Assembly: GCF_018350175.1 (NCBI RefSeq)
Contig: NC_058368.1
Location: forward strand, 180,856,001 to 180,920,000
Source of the DNA: Felis catus
Taxonomy: Eukaryota
Length of the DNA stretch: 64,000 nucleotides
Reading direction: 5' to 3'
The notes under the pieces are model-generated. The model did no database searches and had not been told where the DNA came from. It saw only the letters and a program-made list of their open reading frames with translations. Below, piece after piece: positions 38,575 through 51,650 of the stretch (position 1 is its first letter; each line of letters opens with the position of its first letter). Made by a program: the position numbers and the translations under genes.

Positions 38575-39822
38575 AGAGTAATATATTCAAGACAGAAATC
38601 AGGTTTCATCACTTTCCTGCTTGGCACCCTTCAACGGCTTCTCACTACATGTAGAAAGAAACCAAGACTCCTTGTGATGACCTACGTGTTTTATCTCCTC
38701 TGGCACAAGCTGCTTTTTCCACCTTACTTCCAATAGTGGCCTCTACTTGCCCCCTTATTCTCCAGCCAATGTAGCCATCTTTACTTCTGTTGCTCGAACA
38801 TGCCATATCATTCTGTCTTCTGAGTCTTTACATTTCCTGTTCCTCCGTGTGGAATATTCTCCCCACCTGCCATCTCACTGATTTTTACAAGCCTGCTCCT
38901 TCCCTAGAAACTTTTCCTGTTTGCCTTCTTGCAAGCTGCTCACCTATGTGCTCTATCCTATTAGCCTGTTTAAGTTTCTTCATAGCCCTTAATACTATGT
39001 GAAGGTGGACATCTGCCTACATTACTCACCCCTGTACCCTCAATAATTTCCTAACGAACAGCACTTGCAGAATGAATGAGCAACCAAACTGGTTTAGGGT
39101 AGAGGTAGAAAGGGCCACACATTTGCATCCTAAAGAATTTGCCAATGCCTCCACTCTGTCCACCACCGTTTTGTTCTTGTTTTGTTTTGCATACCATGGG
39201 GGAATTCCTACAAAGCTCGGCTACTCCAAGCAGGAGGAAGAGCAGCCAGCCAGCAGGTGGTGGGCAGTAACTTGGAGCTGCGAGAGGGTCAAAAAGTTCT
39301 CCTACCACACAGAAGCCTGCTGCAACCTCTCTTTCACATGGCAGGGAGCTCCTGGCAGCCAAATTGCTGAGTGAAGATAATTGCTGTGTGTACTTTCACC
39401 TGATTCACCCTTACATGTTGGGGTCCTTGCAATTGCTTGCATGCTGGTTTGCTCATTTGGGAAGTTCAAAAAAATGAGCCAAGACTAGCAGCCCATGGGA
39501 TATGCCCTAGAGCTGGAGGTGTGGAAAGAAGGGTAGGGTGTTGACAAAGCAAACCCAAGAAATCAGGTTAGAGTTTCAACTCAGGCAAGAAGTATCTGAG
39601 TCAGAAGAAATGTGTTTTCCTGCTTTTAGATGGACTACATATGTGAATATGTTTTCAGCATCTCAAATGGCTGCCATTTTTTTGTGGCCACCTTTACAAT
39701 TGTATTTCTCGATCTATTCCTCAGGGCATTAAATGTTATTGTTAGATCAGTTTGGTTCAGTAAAATTTAAAAGTGAGTCTTATGTATAATCCACTCAATA
39801 TTGAGAACATAAAAAAAAGACA

Positions 39823-40030
39823 GGGCCACCTAGGTAGCTCAGTTAAGTGACCAACTCTTGATTTTGCCTCATGTCATGATCTCATGATGCATGAGATTGA
39901 GCCCTGCCTAGGGCTTTGTGCTGACAGTGAGGAACCTATTTGGGATTCTCTCTTTCCCTCTCTCTCTGCCCCTCCCCTGCTTGTGCAAACACATTCTCTC
40001 TCTCACTCAAAATAAATAAATAAACATAAA
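39823..40030 (+). mobile_element. SINEC
   Basis: 'gggccacctaggtagctcagttaag...tcatgatctc...caaaataaataaataaacat'; A-rich TSD ending AAGACA on both sides. Confidence 0.95.
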
Positions 40031-40039
40031 AAAATAAGA

Positions 40040-40255
40040 CATCATTCTTATTCTCATAGAGGTCACAGTCTAGTGGGGGAGGCAGACAGTAAGTACCATG
40101 TGATAAGAGGAGGAGGCATGTAATGACATGGTGTTGTCGAGGTGAAGGAAAGGGACACTTGGTCTAGCCCGGCCAGGGAGAGGTCAGGGTGGAAAGTTCA
40201 ACAAGAATTCCCAGGACAGTTGATGCCTGAACAATCTTTGAAACAAGAGGAAACA
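40040..40255 (-). mobile_element. L2 fragment
   Basis: 'tcacagtctagtgggggaggcagacagtaa...taccatgtgataag'. Confidence 0.65.
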
Positions 40256-40607
40256 TGACAAACAGTAGCACTGAGCCCCCAAGCCACTAGCTTATTGCCC
40301 TTTTTGAGGGTGGGAGTTGCAGAAAGAGACACGGAATAAGAGACTCTTACAGCTCACATGTTAGGGGCTCCTGTCCAGTAACACAGTTAACAAATCATCA
40401 TCCTTGAAATAGAACAATGGGTAAGTGGAGTTTGATTTGAAAAAATCAATTTATGTATAACAGTTTGGAAGCCATGTAAGGCATGTTCCTACCAGAGGCT
40501 CTCACAAAGCGAGCCTGAACACCTCAGAGTTCCATCAGAGTTGGGGCTAACATTAATCAATACTTCTCCCATAGTTATCCCTCTACTAACTACCATCGTT
40601 AGGATTT

Positions 40608-40835
40608 TAACTGCCAATGTTTTTGTGCAATGACTGCCACTCACTGTGTCAGCCACTTTATATATAACATCTATTTCCCAAAAAAATCCTATGAGGTTAG
40701 AATTATTATAATCCCCATTTTGTAAGTGGGAAACTGAGGCACAGAGCAGTAAAACTCATAGTTAGCAGGTGACAGGGACCAGGAGTAAAACTCAGGTTTG
40801 TGTGTTCCAAAATCTACCCTCTAACCACTCTGTAT
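40608..40835 (-). mobile_element. MIR
   Basis: 'atccccattttgtaagtgggaaactgaggcacagag'. Confidence 0.9.
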
Positions 40836-42913
40836 TGCATTTGCCCTAATAGCATGATGATGACAACGATGACAATGATGATGGAGGAAAAGGAAAAGGA
40901 GAAGGCGAAGAAGACAATGACCTATAAGGAGCAGGGAAGGTTGATTTACAAATCATGTTTCCTGTTTCCCATTTCCTAGTCCCAAGGCACTCTCAAAATT
41001 TCAAGTAAGAAACATTTCTTTGAATAAATGGTTATTTATAGCATCTATCATCTGGCAGAGTTCAAAGCTTTTCTTGTAATTTTGTTATGAAGTTCAAAGT
41101 GGTTCCTTCACAGCAGTGTTACCCTGTGCTTTCTTCAACGCCCTGAATTTGGAGGTGTCCTGACCAGGGCACAGTGAAGTCAGTGTTGTCGTCCACTTAG
41201 CAGTGAGGCTCTGGTAAGAACAGATTCTAACTCACAATCAATAGGCTTTAATGTTTGTATTATTGAGGTATATCTGGAAATGCATGTTGAAGAACAAGAA
41301 TGGCTGGAAGCCAATTTTTAAATTCCTTTGAGTGACTGAGGTGGAACTGAAGTTCAAGTGCAATTTTCCAGGAGCCTGATATGATAGTTGCTGTGAAATC
41401 ACTCTTTACATGAACTTTTTGAAATTTTGTTCAGCATGAATTCATATCATATAGTACAGACAGAACTGCTTTTTAATTTATACAAATACAGACAATGGAA
41501 GAGCAGTCATACCACAATGAAAGCACTGGGGTTACATCAATGTATTGAAATACACATCATGGAACTGTCTGATTCCTGTTATTTTCCTGCCTTCTTCAAA
41601 TCTGTGCTTTGGTAACTCCTTAAGCTGCTTGATGGTACCTACCATTACTTGGGAAATTTCTCAGTCCCTAGATCTGCCCCCAATCAAATTGTGTGCTGTT
41701 CTCTGTTTGCTATGTCATTTGCTAATTTTGTTCACTTATGCTACATTTTTCCCCCGACTATTCCAACTGACAGAGACCATCTGTACAGACACAAACAGGT
41801 TCCAAAGTACAGGGGAAAAAGTTGGAACTTATACAGGCTCACTTTATAGACCATGATTCCTTACTAAAATACCTAGTGTGGGATGGGCGTGTAACCAGGG
41901 GTATGTACTTATCTAATTCCTACTTTATGCATTACACAGACGCCCTGACCCCCAAACTATTTCTGAAGTTTCATTTTGAAAGTGTAGAGAGTCCCCAGAA
42001 AATAGAGGGAAACTTGGTTTAATTAATCTGTTAAAACAGCAAGAGGAAACATGCAAAGGCAGCAATATGTCATTCATTAAACTCATATGGTCTTGTGTAT
42101 GTGTGGGTGTGTATGTGTGTGTCTTTTCCAAGATCCCCATGTAAATCAAAGTCTAACTAATTATCTGTGTGATTGGGTTCCCCCACAACCTTGAAAATGG
42201 AGACTAATTTAGATTTTACTAATTTATCTTTTTCCAAATGAGTAAGATTTTGAGATAGTTTCAACTCGTAAAATATTTCTGATTAAAAGATCTACAGCTG
42301 GACAAAGAAGTTCCCTTGATAACTAGGATAGATTGGTAGTTTTGGATTGCTGTATTGAGAAGGATTCGGGGGTGCCCTGGATTCAGTGGAAAACAGTGGC
42401 ATGATCAATTAGAACAATCCTGGACCAGGAATAGAGGAAAGGCAGAAGGTGCCAAGAGCCTATTTGCCACCCATGATCCAGGCCTTCATTCACCAACAGC
42501 TTCAGCCATACCTGAAAACTTCCTTCATCCTACACCATCTGTGTTTGAAGGAACGTTACTCCAATTCCCATCATCTCAATTACACCACCATTTTCCCTCC
42601 TTAATCTGATTTGGATTCAACTTTAGTTCTCCAAGAAAGGGCTACAATCTCCCCTCCATCCCCAAAGCAGTAAATATTATCTGTGAAATTGCTGGTCTGC
42701 CTAAATGTTGTTAATACATCCACTAATTTATGATGGGGACCATGTTGCAGATCAATTCCCAAAATTCACTTAAAACAACTGGTTCCTTTTTCATTCAAAA
42801 GATTAATGGCAAGAAGATATTAAAATATTCTGTATAGACAATGCATAATTGATCTATGTAGTGACAAGTTGTCAGAATATTTGGTGGAACAGACAGAATG
42901 ATCAGGAGACAGT

Positions 42914-42981
42914 AAAAAAACAAACAAGAAACCAAAAAACCAAAACCAAAAAAAAAAAAAAAAAACCTAAACAAACAAAAA
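42914..42981. repeat. A-rich low-complexity (CAAAA-like) tract
   Basis: aaaaaaacaaacaagaaaccaaaaaaccaaaacc followed by a poly(A) run. Confidence 0.9.
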
Positions 42982-43054
42982 CCGAGTACCAGGAATAAAC
43001 AAACCCAAAATAATAATTTCAATGGCGGTATTACCACTTAAAAGTAAGATCTCG

Positions 43055-43255
43055 CTTTGTGCTAAGAAATGAGCAAATATTATGCATGTATTTTTCTTTT
43101 CAATACTCACAAATTTTCTATGAACCAAGCACTATTATCACCCCCATTTACAGATAAAGAAATAGGCTATCTTTCCTATCAATGCTCTGGTAGCAAACAG
43201 CAGAGATAGCTGGATTTGAATCCAGGCAATCTGACTCCAAAACCCAAGCCTTGAA
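43055..43255 (-). mobile_element. MIR
   Basis: 'attatcacccccatttacagataaagaaa...ggatttgaatccaggcaatctgactccaaa'. Confidence 0.88.
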
Positions 43256-44419
43256 TGGTTCATTCTAGTATTTCTGCATCAGACAAGAATAATTGCTAAC
43301 AAATGAATGGGATGTGAACCCCAAACTCATCAGTCCCCTTCTGGAATGTACCATTGAGGTTATCCTAGGGGAGGTAATTAACCATGGGCAGAATCAAGTC
43401 TCCTCCCGGAAATTACCACAGTGACCATTCACATCGAATAAATAATGATTTGTGAAGACAGGAAGCAATTCGTGAACCAGAAACTTGAAATACTCTGTGG
43501 CTCTGTAAGTTCAAGAATTTAATAAAAAATAGCTTTTGAGTTAAAGTTGAGTATTGCAAAATAACTGTATTAACGTAGACTAAACAGTTGGTTAGAGAAT
43601 TCAAACAATTGTCCTAATGACATTTCCTAGTACTTTCTGCTTATTCAGATATTTGACTAACCATTTTCCTCCCCAAATGCTTGAGGTTTGTGAAACCCAT
43701 ATTTTTGATGGGGATAAAGAGTGAGGTACCTATTTGTGTAAAGAGAAATAATTTCAGTATCTGAGATATTGCCTTCCTATTGCTTGTAATCAATGAATTT
43801 TTTAGAAATGTGGGCCTACTTGCTTTTGAGTTCCATGAGAACATTTTTTCAGGAAAATATATCAGTTTTTGGAGTTCTGCCTAGTTCTGCAAATGTGGTT
43901 TGCGGAGGGCTGTGTAGTGGGACATTCTTCAAGGTATGATGGGCTTCAGTGACACACTGGGGCATGGTAGCCATAGTGACTGCCACAAAAGGCACAAACA
44001 AGGTACCCTGAAACTTTAGCTGAATTCTCTGCCTTCAGCTGAAGGGACATGGCTGAAGCCACCACACATCTATTCAGCCTGTATCATGTGCTAAGCATCA
44101 GGCTCAGGGATTTTATTTATGCCCCTTCCATAATTATTACAACACTGTCTAGAGATACACCTGAGAGTCATTACCAAGATGGCCACTCAGGTGTGTGAAT
44201 TGCCACAGCTACAATGGATTATTCCGAAGCCTGGAGTTGCCAATTTATTCCATTCTCAATTTTCACCATGACATAAATGAAACCTTGGACTCCACTGGAT
44301 GTGATCTTTTGCAAATGTTTGTTTCTGCCTTCATGCATGAAGTATTTCTGTGCACTATGCAACCCATTCCTAACTTCTTGGCCTGCCTCATTGTTTCTGT
44401 CCTCCAAAGCCCACGTGAG

Positions 44420-44600
44420 GAAGAGAGAGGCATAGACTTTGGAGCCAGGCTGACTGAGCTCTGCTACTTTCTGTGTGAGTTTGAGCAGCTTACTTCACTT
44501 CTCTGGGCCTGATGATAATAACAGGGACTTCATATGTTGTTGTGAAGACTGGAGAGAATATATATAAGGTCCCTAGAATTGTGTTTGACACATGGTAGAT
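44420..44600 (+). mobile_element. MIR
   Basis: 'gcatagactttggagccagg...ttacttcacttctctgggcct'. Confidence 0.8.
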
Positions 44601-44689
44601 ACAAGGGCCTAGAGGGAGCTAATGACACTTGGAGCTTATTGTTTCCAATTTGTTCAGAAACAACTACTGTGTGTGTGCATGACTGTGCC

Positions 44690-44998
44690 ATAGGTAGGGA
44701 GGCTCAGGGAGATGCTGAGGCTGGAACAACGCAGCCATCTTACCACTCAAGGGGAGACACTGCCTGAGAATGAAGTCAACAGGGCAGCAAGCAGAGATGT
44801 GCTAAGAAGGGAGAGACATTCCTAATGGCATCAATAGAGTACCTGGAATCAGCCAGGCCTGAAGCAACATTACCACTAATGTTTTCAATATATGAACTAA
44901 TTTATTCTCTACTCTACCTTAATTTTTTGTTGTTTTGTTCTTTAAGCCAGCTTGAGTTGATTTCTGTCACTTAGAACCAAACACATCCTGCCTGAAAC
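44690..44998 (+). mobile_element. Old MaLR LTR (MLT1J/K-like)
   Basis: 'gcagccatctt...gcctgagaatgaagtcaaca...cagccaggcctgaagc...tttaagccagcttgagttg.tttctgtcactt'. Confidence 0.8.
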
Positions 44999-45589
44999 TT
45001 ATCATCAAGCCCAAGTGAGAAAATGACTTGGCCAATGTCACAAAGTTATTTAGTAGAACTGAAAATAGATTCCAGATTTTCTGTCTCCAGTATTATAAGA
45101 ATTCCATGTTCTGTAAGCTGACTCACTTCCTTTTAAATCACAAGAAATCAAACATGTGGGGTCCCAGAGAAACCACTTATGGTGGAAAGTATCTAGATTT
45201 ATAAGAATATTGTGGGTACTAAAGAGGAGAGATACAGGCAGGTAGCTGTCGACTTGTTACCCATCAAGCATGCACTGTAGCAGCTGTTTGTCCTCAGAAT
45301 TGGAGAGGAACTCAGATCACCTTCTAGCAGGTGCTGGGCCTTACATACACCACACTGATCTTGGGGTAGGGTTACAGGGACTCCATTTCTTATCTACATT
45401 TTCAATTTTTAAAAAAGAACAGAGACAGTAGTTTTGATTATAATTATAGAATGCAGAAGACCACAATGAATGTAGCGTCTTAAATTAAAATACATACATA
45501 TATACATTTATATTTTATACTGATATTATATTTTATATATTCCCTGTAGCAGCCTGCTTATATTTATTGCTGATGTTAGGTTGGATATG

Positions 45590-45810
45590 TCATTCTTAAC
45601 AAGGGACAATGTTGCTCCCCAAGGGACATTTGGCAATGTCTAGAGATATTTTGATTGTCACAATTTGTTGTGGTGGGGAGAGGATGCTACTGGCCTGTAG
45701 TGGGTAGAAATCAGAGATACTGCTAAACATCTTACAATGCAGAGAATAGTCTTCCACAACAAAGAATTTCCAGGCCCAAATGTCAGCAGTGCTAAGGTTG
45801 AGAAACCCTG
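45590..45810. mobile_element. MER20 hAT MITE
   Basis: 'gggacatttggcaatgtctagagatattttgattgtcaca...gcccaaatgtcagcagtgctaaggttgagaaaccctg'. Confidence 0.92.
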
Positions 45811-46870
45811 GGTCAGCAGGAGTGATGGCTTTAGATTAGTATCGTTTATGTTACATGGTCAATATTTAAGTTCTTTTTTCCAATTGATAAGAATTGGACA
45901 GATATTAGAAGTGAAAAATTTGATTCAGCGAGAATCAGATCACTCCCCACCCCCATAAGAAAAGTTCAAGCAAATAAATTTACATTGTCACTGGGACATT
46001 TATGTTAGAAAGCAGGAAAATTTCCCTAAGTTGAGTCTAAGATATCATTGGGAGAAATTATAGCATGCCTTTGTCTGGAGCTAGGAGACCTGTTTACCAT
46101 GAGATAGTTGGGCTGTCTTCACAAAGGCAAGAGATTCAGGCCGGAGAATGTTCCAACTCAGTTGTAGCTTATTGAAACTCACCTGAGGAATTTTCATAAC
46201 CCCTCATGTCTTCTCAATGAGGCGATAACAGCCTAACTCATTTCATATCACCTTATTTGAAGTTTTTATTTTTACAGAAGACCTAATTGCCCTCCTCACT
46301 CACACTTCAGTGAACTCACTAAAGCCCAGCTAAGCATTTCTTGGAAACAAAGTGTTTTTAGATGGCCCTGACAAAACTATCCTGATTTCCCACAAGCTAT
46401 TATACATAATTTATTGGAAGAGTGGCAGGCAGTTGGACTTGCCCCAGTGAGGGGGCCTCTTTCACGAGCGCTAGCATGAACTATCTTCACAGTTCGGGGC
46501 TCTATGCATTTGGGTGTTGTTACTACATCTAACAACTTGCATGTTTATATGTCACATCTTCCTGGAAGCATTGCACTTTGGAAAGTGTCAAATATAGATC
46601 AGGCTATAGATGGAATGTAGACTTTATTTTTGAACTAATATGATTTCTATACTTTTCTAATGCCAGCCCTTTCATATTCATAATGCCAAGTGAAACAGTG
46701 ATTCTGTGCCGCTTCCCCTTTTGAGGACACAAATCCACTTTACCTGTGGTGACACAATCTTCAAATACCTTCTGACATCTCAGTTGCTTGACACATGTAC
46801 CTAATTATATTACCCAGCTCCTTTAAGATGAAATAGCATTGTTATTTTGGTGATGTGTAAATGTCTAGAT

Positions 46871-47051
46871 CAGTGCTGTCCAGTAGAACTTTCTGTGATG
46901 AGGGACATGTTCTATGTCTACAATGTTTAACACATGTGGTTATTGAGCCCTTGTAATGTAGCTAATTCAACCGAGGAAGTCAATTTCTAATGAATTTAAG
47001 TTTATATTCCATAGCCATATATGGCCAGTGGCCACCACACTGGGCAGTATA
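46871..47051. mobile_element. MER3 hAT MITE
   Basis: 'cagtgctgtccagtagaactttctgtgatga...'; flanks GTCTAGAT / GTCTAGAC fit the 8-bp NTCTAGAN Charlie-type TSD. Confidence 0.9.
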
Positions 47052-47059
47052 GTCTAGAC

Positions 47060-47935
47060 TATGACTCTAGCGTTCCAGTTATTAGTATCCCTCACTCCTA
47101 TGTTTCTCCCTTCCATACAAGAGCCAACATATTTCTGAATGTACAAATTTGTTCACATGATGCTGCTTCTTTCAATTCTCCCAAGAGTATCCACAGCTTA
47201 CATAATAAGGTTGCAACTCTTGTATGGCAATCATCTTTTGCCAGATCTTCCTGTTCCCTATCCTCTAACCACATCAAAACTACTATACTACTGAATACCT
47301 ATCTCTCTCTCTTCACATGCCTCTGAGTGCATAGTAGGTATTCCCTTCTCATTGGCAGTCTCAACTTCCTCCCGAACACCTTAAAGACTCAGATCAAGTA
47401 GAACCTTTTTTATGTCTTTCCTGATCACCCGGCCCAGAAGTATCCAGAACAAACTTCTATTGTTATACAACTGACCCTTAAAAAATGTGGGGGCTAGGTG
47501 TGCAGACAACCCATGCAGTAAAAAAAATCCACATGTAACGTTTGACTTAACTACTTGTAACGATTAACTGTTGACCGGAAGCCTTACCAAAAACATCAAC
47601 AGTCAATTACACATATTTTGTATGTTATACCTATTATATACTGTATTGTATTGTTACAACAAAGGAAGCTAGAGAAAAGGAAATGTTAAGAAAATCATAA
47701 GAGAAAACACATTTACAGTACTGGACTGTATTTACTGAAAATCATCTGCACATAAGTGGACCTACACTGTTCAAACTCATGTTGTTGAAGGGTCAGCTGT
47801 ACTTGTGATATGTTAGCCTATTTGTCTAAATGTCTGGCTTGTTCATGACACTGTGACTAAGGAGAAACTGTGGATTATACACCTTTGTAACATAGCACCC
47901 GGATGAGAGCTTGTACACAATGAAACAACAGTGTG
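47060..47935 (+). mobile_element. L2 fragment interrupted by Tigger
   Basis: 'ttccatacaagagccaa...', 'aagactcagatcaagt' and a degenerate tail. Confidence 0.55.
47468..47799. mobile_element. Tigger2a-like Tc1/mariner MITE, 332 bp
   Basis: TIRs caactgaccctt... / ...aagggtcagctg; TA on both flanks; internal 'ctgttgaccggaagccttacc'. Confidence 0.93.
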
Positions 47936-48684
47936 ATTGGATGATTACAAAGTTCACTCCACAAATACTTACTCAATGTATATCAAATGCACACAGCATT
48001 GACTTCACTGTTGGCTGCTGTGATTGTTGGTCTTGGGTATTGGGTGCCTCTCCATGTGTAAGTATTTTATTGGAAAGAAGTGATTCTGATTTTAAATGTA
48101 TGTTTTCTACTTTTAACCAAGTGGCTAGAGTATTAAGTTATTACTTTGGCTGATGCTCAAATAAAGACCCAGCAATCTGTGACAAGCTTGGAGAAAAAAA
48201 TCTGTTAGATTTATTAAGAGGCAATACATGAGTCTCCATGGTGGCACATTTCTAGAGAATTTTCCAGGGTGGTGGTGTGATCACATTTTTTTGGACTAGC
48301 TACTGAGCTTAGACCTAACCCCTGTGTAAGATATGATCCCACTCTAACAATAAAAGTTTCCCACTCTAGGGAACTGATGGGGAGCTGTGACCCAAGCCTA
48401 CCTAAGAACATGAGATCAAAGTGCTGAACCATGTGGATGTTGCAGTCCCTTATGGAGTTGTCTGTCTGAGCTGAATAGCATGCAGAAGATATATTGGATG
48501 AACCTACATTACACTCCCAAAAGAGCTTAGTTGGGGGGAAAACTGCTGGAGAAAGATTTAAAGAAACTGCATGCTCATGCTAAAACTTAATTTTCAAGGG
48601 GCCTTGCAAAAACTCCCCCATGACATGTGGAATCTAGCTTACTTGTATGTTCAGTTCCTGGGTTCATGGTATATGGAAATAACA

Positions 48685-48880
48685 ATATTTGATCACTAAG
48701 ATTTATTGAGTTCTTTGTGTGCTAGGCATTACTTCCAATTCCTTTACATATATTATTATATTTAATCTTATAGCAAACCTTTGGGATAGGTAATATCAAC
48801 TTCACTATAATGATAGTAGGAGACAGTTTGGTTGGAAGGAGTAATTTGAGTCCAGGCATGCTGGACCTAGAGCTCATAGC
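48685..48880 (-). mobile_element. MIR
   Basis: 'atttattgagttctttgtgtgctaggcatt...tttaatcttatagcaaacc'. Confidence 0.75.
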
Positions 48881-48964
48881 ACACTGTACAGGAAATGACA
48901 ATGGAATTTAGTTAACCTTTGTAAGGATGAAGTACCAATCACTGATGACAATGTGGTTGGCACT

Positions 48965-49155
48965 GAAACTAGAATAAAGTTCAAATCTTGGCAGAGCCAA
49001 GTTACCAAGTCTGGGTAATTTCAGATAAGTCACTTAACTTATCCAGGCTCCAGGGTGTGTGATAAGAGCAGAATGTGTATAAAATATATGTTACAGATTA
49101 GTGTAAATATTAATTAAGACATTATATAAATGTTTTGAAGTAAATGTATTATCAT
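48965..49155 (+). mobile_element. MIR fragment
   Basis: 'gttcaaatcttggc...agataagtcacttaactt'. Confidence 0.6.
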
Positions 49156-50084
49156 CATCTATTAGAAGGGTATGAGGTAGTTGTCCTAGTCCCCCTCTAG
49201 GACATTTTTAAAATTAAATAGTAACATATACAAAAGTACATTGAAAATGGTGAAGTGCTCTTCAAATGGTAATTGTTTTCTTTTTCAGTACTGGAAGCTT
49301 TCTTTTTCAAAAGCTTTGTCTGCAGATAGCAAACAGCTCTCAACTCTAAGTCTATGTTTTGCTATGTGCCTTAGAGACAATGAAGATAAAACAGGGGCTC
49401 TAGGCAGCAGATGCTGGACTGTTTCATCCCTCTGCTGCCTATACTCACATTACCCTACCTACTTCTCATTGATTGGTCCTTGATAAGATGCTAAAGATGA
49501 GATATATTAGGATATATATCATAAACAACAGAAAGGCTGAAAAGCTCCCCATTAAAGATATAGAAATATTCTGAAATGGGAATGGAAAACATAAACTAGA
49601 CGTACGAGGTCTAGTCTTTTAGGACATGGATATCCTATACATTAGCTCATTCCTTCTCTGAACATCATTTGAAAGTTGTTGCCTTGTACCTAAAAAATCT
49701 CCACTAGTTGTATAGGGAGACCAGGGACTCTTACTGAGGCTACCAGATGCTAGCTAGTTGTATGACTTAGAGCAAACTTATTATCCTTACCAGGCCTCAA
49801 TTAACATGTGCAATGTTACTGCACTATCACATGACAGCACCTAGTACTTTAAGAAATTTTATGATGTAGTTTCACATCTTTCCCTGTGCATGGAAGGTAT
49901 TCCCTTCTCGCTGACATTAATTTCTTCTGAACACCTCCTTAAACGTGTTCAGCCTTCTTTATAAGTCTTTCTGGATCACCCCATCCACTGGTACCCAGCA
50001 CATAATTCTATTGTTGTACTTGTAGTATGTTAGCCACATCAAACCCACAATGAATCCATATTCCAGTGAAAGAGGACAGTATTC

Positions 50085-50310
50085 ACTAAAAGCTTTTGAG
50101 CATTCACGATGTTGTAGGCAGTATGCTTAGCACATTTCTTGGTTTGTAATTTAGGTAATCCTTCCAAAAATATTGGAAGGTACTATTATTATCCCCATTT
50201 TACAGATGAGAAAACTGAGGCTCATAGAGGTCAAGGGATTTGACCAAAGTCACACAGCAAGTAATAAACAAAGCCAAGACACAAATTCAGATCTCTAGAG
50301 TTAAACACAC
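50085..50310 (-). mobile_element. MIR
   Basis: 'attattatccccattttacagatgagaaaactgaggctcatagaggtcaag'. Confidence 0.92.
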
Positions 50311-51059
50311 AGAGTTACTGCAGCATTAACTGTTGAAGGGTGGGTAATTCCAGCTAGGATAAGCTGGGAAGGCAGATTAGAAGAGATAGCAGTGTGGGTG
50401 TGACAAAATAATCTGTAGGGAGCTCTCCTTCATCATTAAAAAGCCACAATTTCAAAATACCATCCTGCCTGCATAGAAAATATGAAGATCAATAATTGGG
50501 TCAAGATCACAGGTGAGGTTGTATCCTAACAGGAATTCACAACCTGACTCACGCTTTCCACATCTTCTCTAAGTCTGGCTTCCTTTTTTCATGAAGGTCA
50601 GAATGAATCTTCAAATTTCTCTTTTCAGGCCCTGCAAAGGCAGGTGTGTGTGATAGTGTTCTCTGAAGGCTCACTTATACACCCTTCAGGGAAAACTATG
50701 CATTAATATAGACAGCTGGAGACATGAAAAAAAAAAAGGTGGGGGGGGTGCTTACAGGGGACAAGAGGAAGCATTAAGGGAGAAAAGAAAGAGAATTAAC
50801 TCTACCACTGGGAGCATGATAATCATGCCTACCAAATACACCAGCCTCTCAGCTACTCAGCCTCAGGACTGGGTGCACAGTGACACATCTGGGTCTAAAA
50901 TAGTGCAGTGCTATACTATGGTTAGAAAGATGTGGAAGGGGAGATGTTTCAGAGGGTTTTCATGATGCCTAGCAGTCTAGTGGCCAGTTAGATGACAAAG
51001 GTGTATTCAGCTCATGAGAAGTTGTTTTGTGTGTGCATGTGAGCACATGCGTACACACA

Positions 51060-51650
51060 CCCTTCCTTAAATTGACTAGAGTCAGCAAAATTAATACGCA
51101 CCCACAGGGCCCTGTTGGAGAAGTCTCTATTTTCATAAATAATGCTTTTCTCGCCTTTTACAAGCCTGTTTGAAGACCTGCAGTGCATCCTGGCTACAAT
51201 TCAAAGCCCATCTAATGAAAGCACCTCCACTGTCAGCAATGTTAATGTCACTTTAAAGAGTGTGAAATGTTGCTAAATGTGTCAGGAAACAATTAGATAA
51301 CATAAGAGGCATGTTTTCTCAGTGCACAGAGAAATATATTATGCAGGCGGGAGATAAACACAAAGTTTTCTGAGCTCCAGCATATTCAGCACTCTCCCTC
51401 CCTCTCTCTTTTTAATCCAACAGAGAAATTGTTTGGCAAGAGTAAGCCCTGTTTCAAATACTTGGAGAAGGGAGAAAGGCCTGCTTTGCCTCTGACTGCT
51501 GTCGCTTGAGCCCTGTGCTATCAGGCTCAGCGAGATACAGTCTTCCACTCAAATTAAATGTGTGCCCTCCTAATTAGCATTATAAATATAGGTTTCTCTG
51601 AGCCAGAGTTGATAAAATTACAGTGTTGGGCTGGAAAGGAACTGGTAGCT
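51060..51650. promoter_or_regulatory. Candidate conserved non-coding element
   Basis: Repeat-free; several TGTCA, AACAATTAG, CTAATTAG and GATAA motifs. Confidence 0.4.

Larger units (their letters stand above)
38150..39085 (+). mobile_element. L2 fragment interrupted by a microsatellite and a SINE
   Basis: 'tctctcactggactat...ctacagtagccaga' resumes as 'cagagtaatatattc...catcactttcctgctt..acccttcaacggctt'. Confidence 0.7.

Noticed and set aside
44032..44045. Perfect 14-bp palindrome CCTTCAGCTGAAGG, and 7-bp-stem hairpins at about 35443 and 35728
   Set aside because: Several of these are expected at random in a window of this size
50629..50643. Possible 15-nt microexon (tttctcttttcag|GCCCTGCAAAGGCAG|gtgtgt)
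   Set aside because: Weak donor, no host gene evident and no transcript evidence; such matches are common by chance
51028..51057. Hairpin TGTGTGTGCATGTG-AG-CACATGCGTACACA as a miRNA-like stem
   Set aside because: Too short, with a 2-nt loop; a by-product of alternating purine-pyrimidine simple sequence
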